From Centroscyllium fabricii (Eukaryota): a DNA stretch of 64,000 nt. A model generated the notes under the pieces. The model ran no database searches. It saw nothing but the letters and a program-made list of their open reading frames with translations, and was not told the origin of the DNA. The DNA lies in NCBI GenBank assembly GCA_051313645.2, contig JBNRSN020000001.1:582738001-582802000 (forward strand), in the 5' to 3' direction. The first letter of the stretch is position 1. The number at the start of each line of letters is the position of its first letter. Positions 61,542-64,000 of the stretch are shown here, piece after piece. A program made the translations under genes and the position numbers.

Positions 61542-64000
61542 GGGCACATCAGCCAAAACATCTGGGAGACAGGAGGCCATCTGTCTACACACCTCGCAGA
61601 CATGGGGCACATATATCCACACTACTGTGGGACATGGTGCACATCTGTTGAAACACCTGGTAGACAGGGGCACATCAGTCTACACACCTGGGAGACAGTG
61701 GCGCATCATTCTACACACCTGGGAGACATGGGGCACATCTGTCTGCACACCTAGGATACAGTGAGACATCTGTCCACACACGTGATAGACAGGGTCACAT
61801 CAGTCTACACAGCTGGGAGACAGGGGCACATCAGTCTACACACCTAGGAGACATGGGGCTATTCCGTCTACACATCTGGGAAACAGGGCACATCTTTCTA
61901 AACCCCAGGGAGACAGGGACATATCTGTTTACATATCCATGAGACTGGCACATCTGTCTAATCACCTGGGAGACCGGTGCTCATCTGTGTACACACCTGG
62001 GAGACATGGGCACATCTGCCTACACACTTGGGAGACAAGGGCACATCTGTTGGAACAGCTAGGAGAAAGTGGCACATCTGTCTACACACCTGGGATATAG
62101 GGACACATCTGTCCCCACAATTGGTAGACAGGGCACATCAGTCTACACAGCTGGGAGACAGGGACACATCAGTCTACACACCAGGGAGACATGAGGCACT
62201 TCTGTCTACACACCTGGGAGACAGGGGCACGTCTGTCTACACACCTGGGAGACAAAGGCACGTCTGTCTAGACAGCTGGGATACAGGAGCACTTAACCTG
62301 CACACCTCGGAGACAGAGATACTTCGGTCTAAACACCTGGGAGACATGGGGCACAAACCTGAGAGGCAGTGACACATCTGTTCACATTGCTGGGAGACAT
62401 GGGAAACATCATTCTAAACACATGGGAGATAAGGGGCACATCTAATCAGACTGCTGGTATACAGGGATCTGTCTACAAACCTGGGAGACAAGCACATCTG
62501 TCTATGCTGCTGGCAGACAGTGTCACATCTGTCTACGCACCTGGGAGTCAGAGGCACATCTGTCTGCACACCTGGGAGATGGGCACATCTGTCTACACAC
62601 CTGGGAGACAGAAGCGCACCTGTGTACACACCTGGGAGACAGGGGCACATCTGTCTACGCTGCTGGGAAACAGGGGCACATCTGTCCACACTGCTGGGAG
62701 ACAAGTGCACATTTGCCTACACTCCTGATAGACAGGGTCACATATGTCTACACACCTGGGAAGCATGGGCACATCTATCTACACTGCTTGGAGACAGGTG
62801 TACATCTGCCTAACCTGCTGGGAGATGGTCACATCTGTCTACACACATGGGGGCGTGGGGCACATCTGCCTACACACCAAGGAAACAGGGCATATCAGGC
62901 TACACTGCTGGGAGACAGGGGAACATCTGTCTACACACCTGGGCATATCTGTCCACACATCTGGGAGACATGTGCACATCTGTCTACACTGCTGGGAGAC
63001 ATGGAACACCTGTCTACACATGAGGCACAGGGTCACATCTGTCTACACACCTGGGAGACATGGGTGCACCTGTCTACACTGCTGGGAGACAGGTGCACAT
63101 CTGTCTACACACCTGGGAAACATGAGCACATCTGTCTACACTGCTGAGTGGCATGTGCACATCTGTCTACACTACTGGGAGATGGTCACAACTTTCTACA
63201 CACTTGGGGACATGGGGCACATCTGCATATGCACCTTGGAACTGGGGCATATCAGTCTACACTGCTGGGAGACGGGGCACATCTGCCTACACACCTGTGA
63301 AACATGGACATATCCGCCTACACTTCTGGGAGACAGTGGCACATCTATCTACACACTTGGGAGACAGTGGCACATTTGTCCACACTGTTGGGAGACAGGG
63401 GCACATCAGTCTACACACCTATGAGACATGGGGATATTCTGTCTACCCATCTGGGAGACAGGGGCACATCTGTCTACACACCTGGGAGACATATTCACAT
63501 CAGTCTATACACCTAGGAAACAGGGCACATCAGTCTACACACCTGGGAGACAGGGTACATCTGTTTACGCACCTGGGAGACATTGGCACATCTGTCTAAA
63601 CACTGGGCAGACAGGCATATCTGTTTGCACATCTGGGGAGACAGGGGCACATCTGTCTACACACCTGGTAAACAGGGGCACATTTTTCTAAACCCCTGGG
63701 AATCAGAGACATATCGGTTTACATATCCATGAGACCGGCACCTCTGTCTAATCACCTGGGAGACAGGTGCTCATCTGTGTACACACCTGGGAGACATGGG
63801 CACATCTGCCTACACACCTGGGAGACAAGGGCACATCTGCCTATACACCTGGGAGACAAGGGCACATCTGTTGGAATACCTAGAAGAAAGTGGCACATCT
63901 GTCTACACACCTGGGATATAGGGACACATCTGTCCCCACAATTGGTAGACAGGGCACATCAGTCTACACAGCTGGGAGACAGGGACACATCAGTCTACAC
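61542..64000 (+). repeat. Minisatellite block 4 (runs off window)
   Basis: The unit resumes directly after the GGGCA TSD. Confidence 0.97.

Noticed and set aside
27085-64000. CRISPR-like array (about 30-bp repeats with internal dyad)
   Set aside because: No unique spacers, units are contiguous and degenerate, no cas genes, vertebrate context.

Overview
Eukaryotic (cartilaginous-fish/shark-like, judged from HE1-type and Deu-domain SINEs and HER1/CR1-type LINE tails) genomic DNA lying inside the ADGRB3 (BAI3) adhesion-GPCR gene on the + strand. Four internal coding exons (111, 162, 165, 165 bp; all phase-1 GT-AG) encode the pre-TSR linker and TSR1-3. Introns hold CR1/L2 LINE fragments, SINEs, a four-copy non-autonomous DNA transposon family and Penelope-like fold-back fragments, one with an intact minimal hammerhead ribozyme. 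From about 27.1 kb to the window end the intron is a degenerate 29-32 bp tandem minisatellite (consensus about GGGCACATC[A/T]GTCTACACACCTGGGAGACA[T]G, roughly 22 kb of repeat). The array is interrupted by a CR1 endonuclease island, a young RTEX-like LINE, and a triple nest: a Ty3/Gypsy element containing a Tf1/sushi-like chromovirus whose 5' LTR carries a CR1 LINE. Neither LTR element has a tRNA primer-binding site. Each instead has a post-LTR sequence complementary to its own LTR, and in the outer element this complement covers the LTR poly(A) signal. Family names are from recall and were not confirmed by database search.
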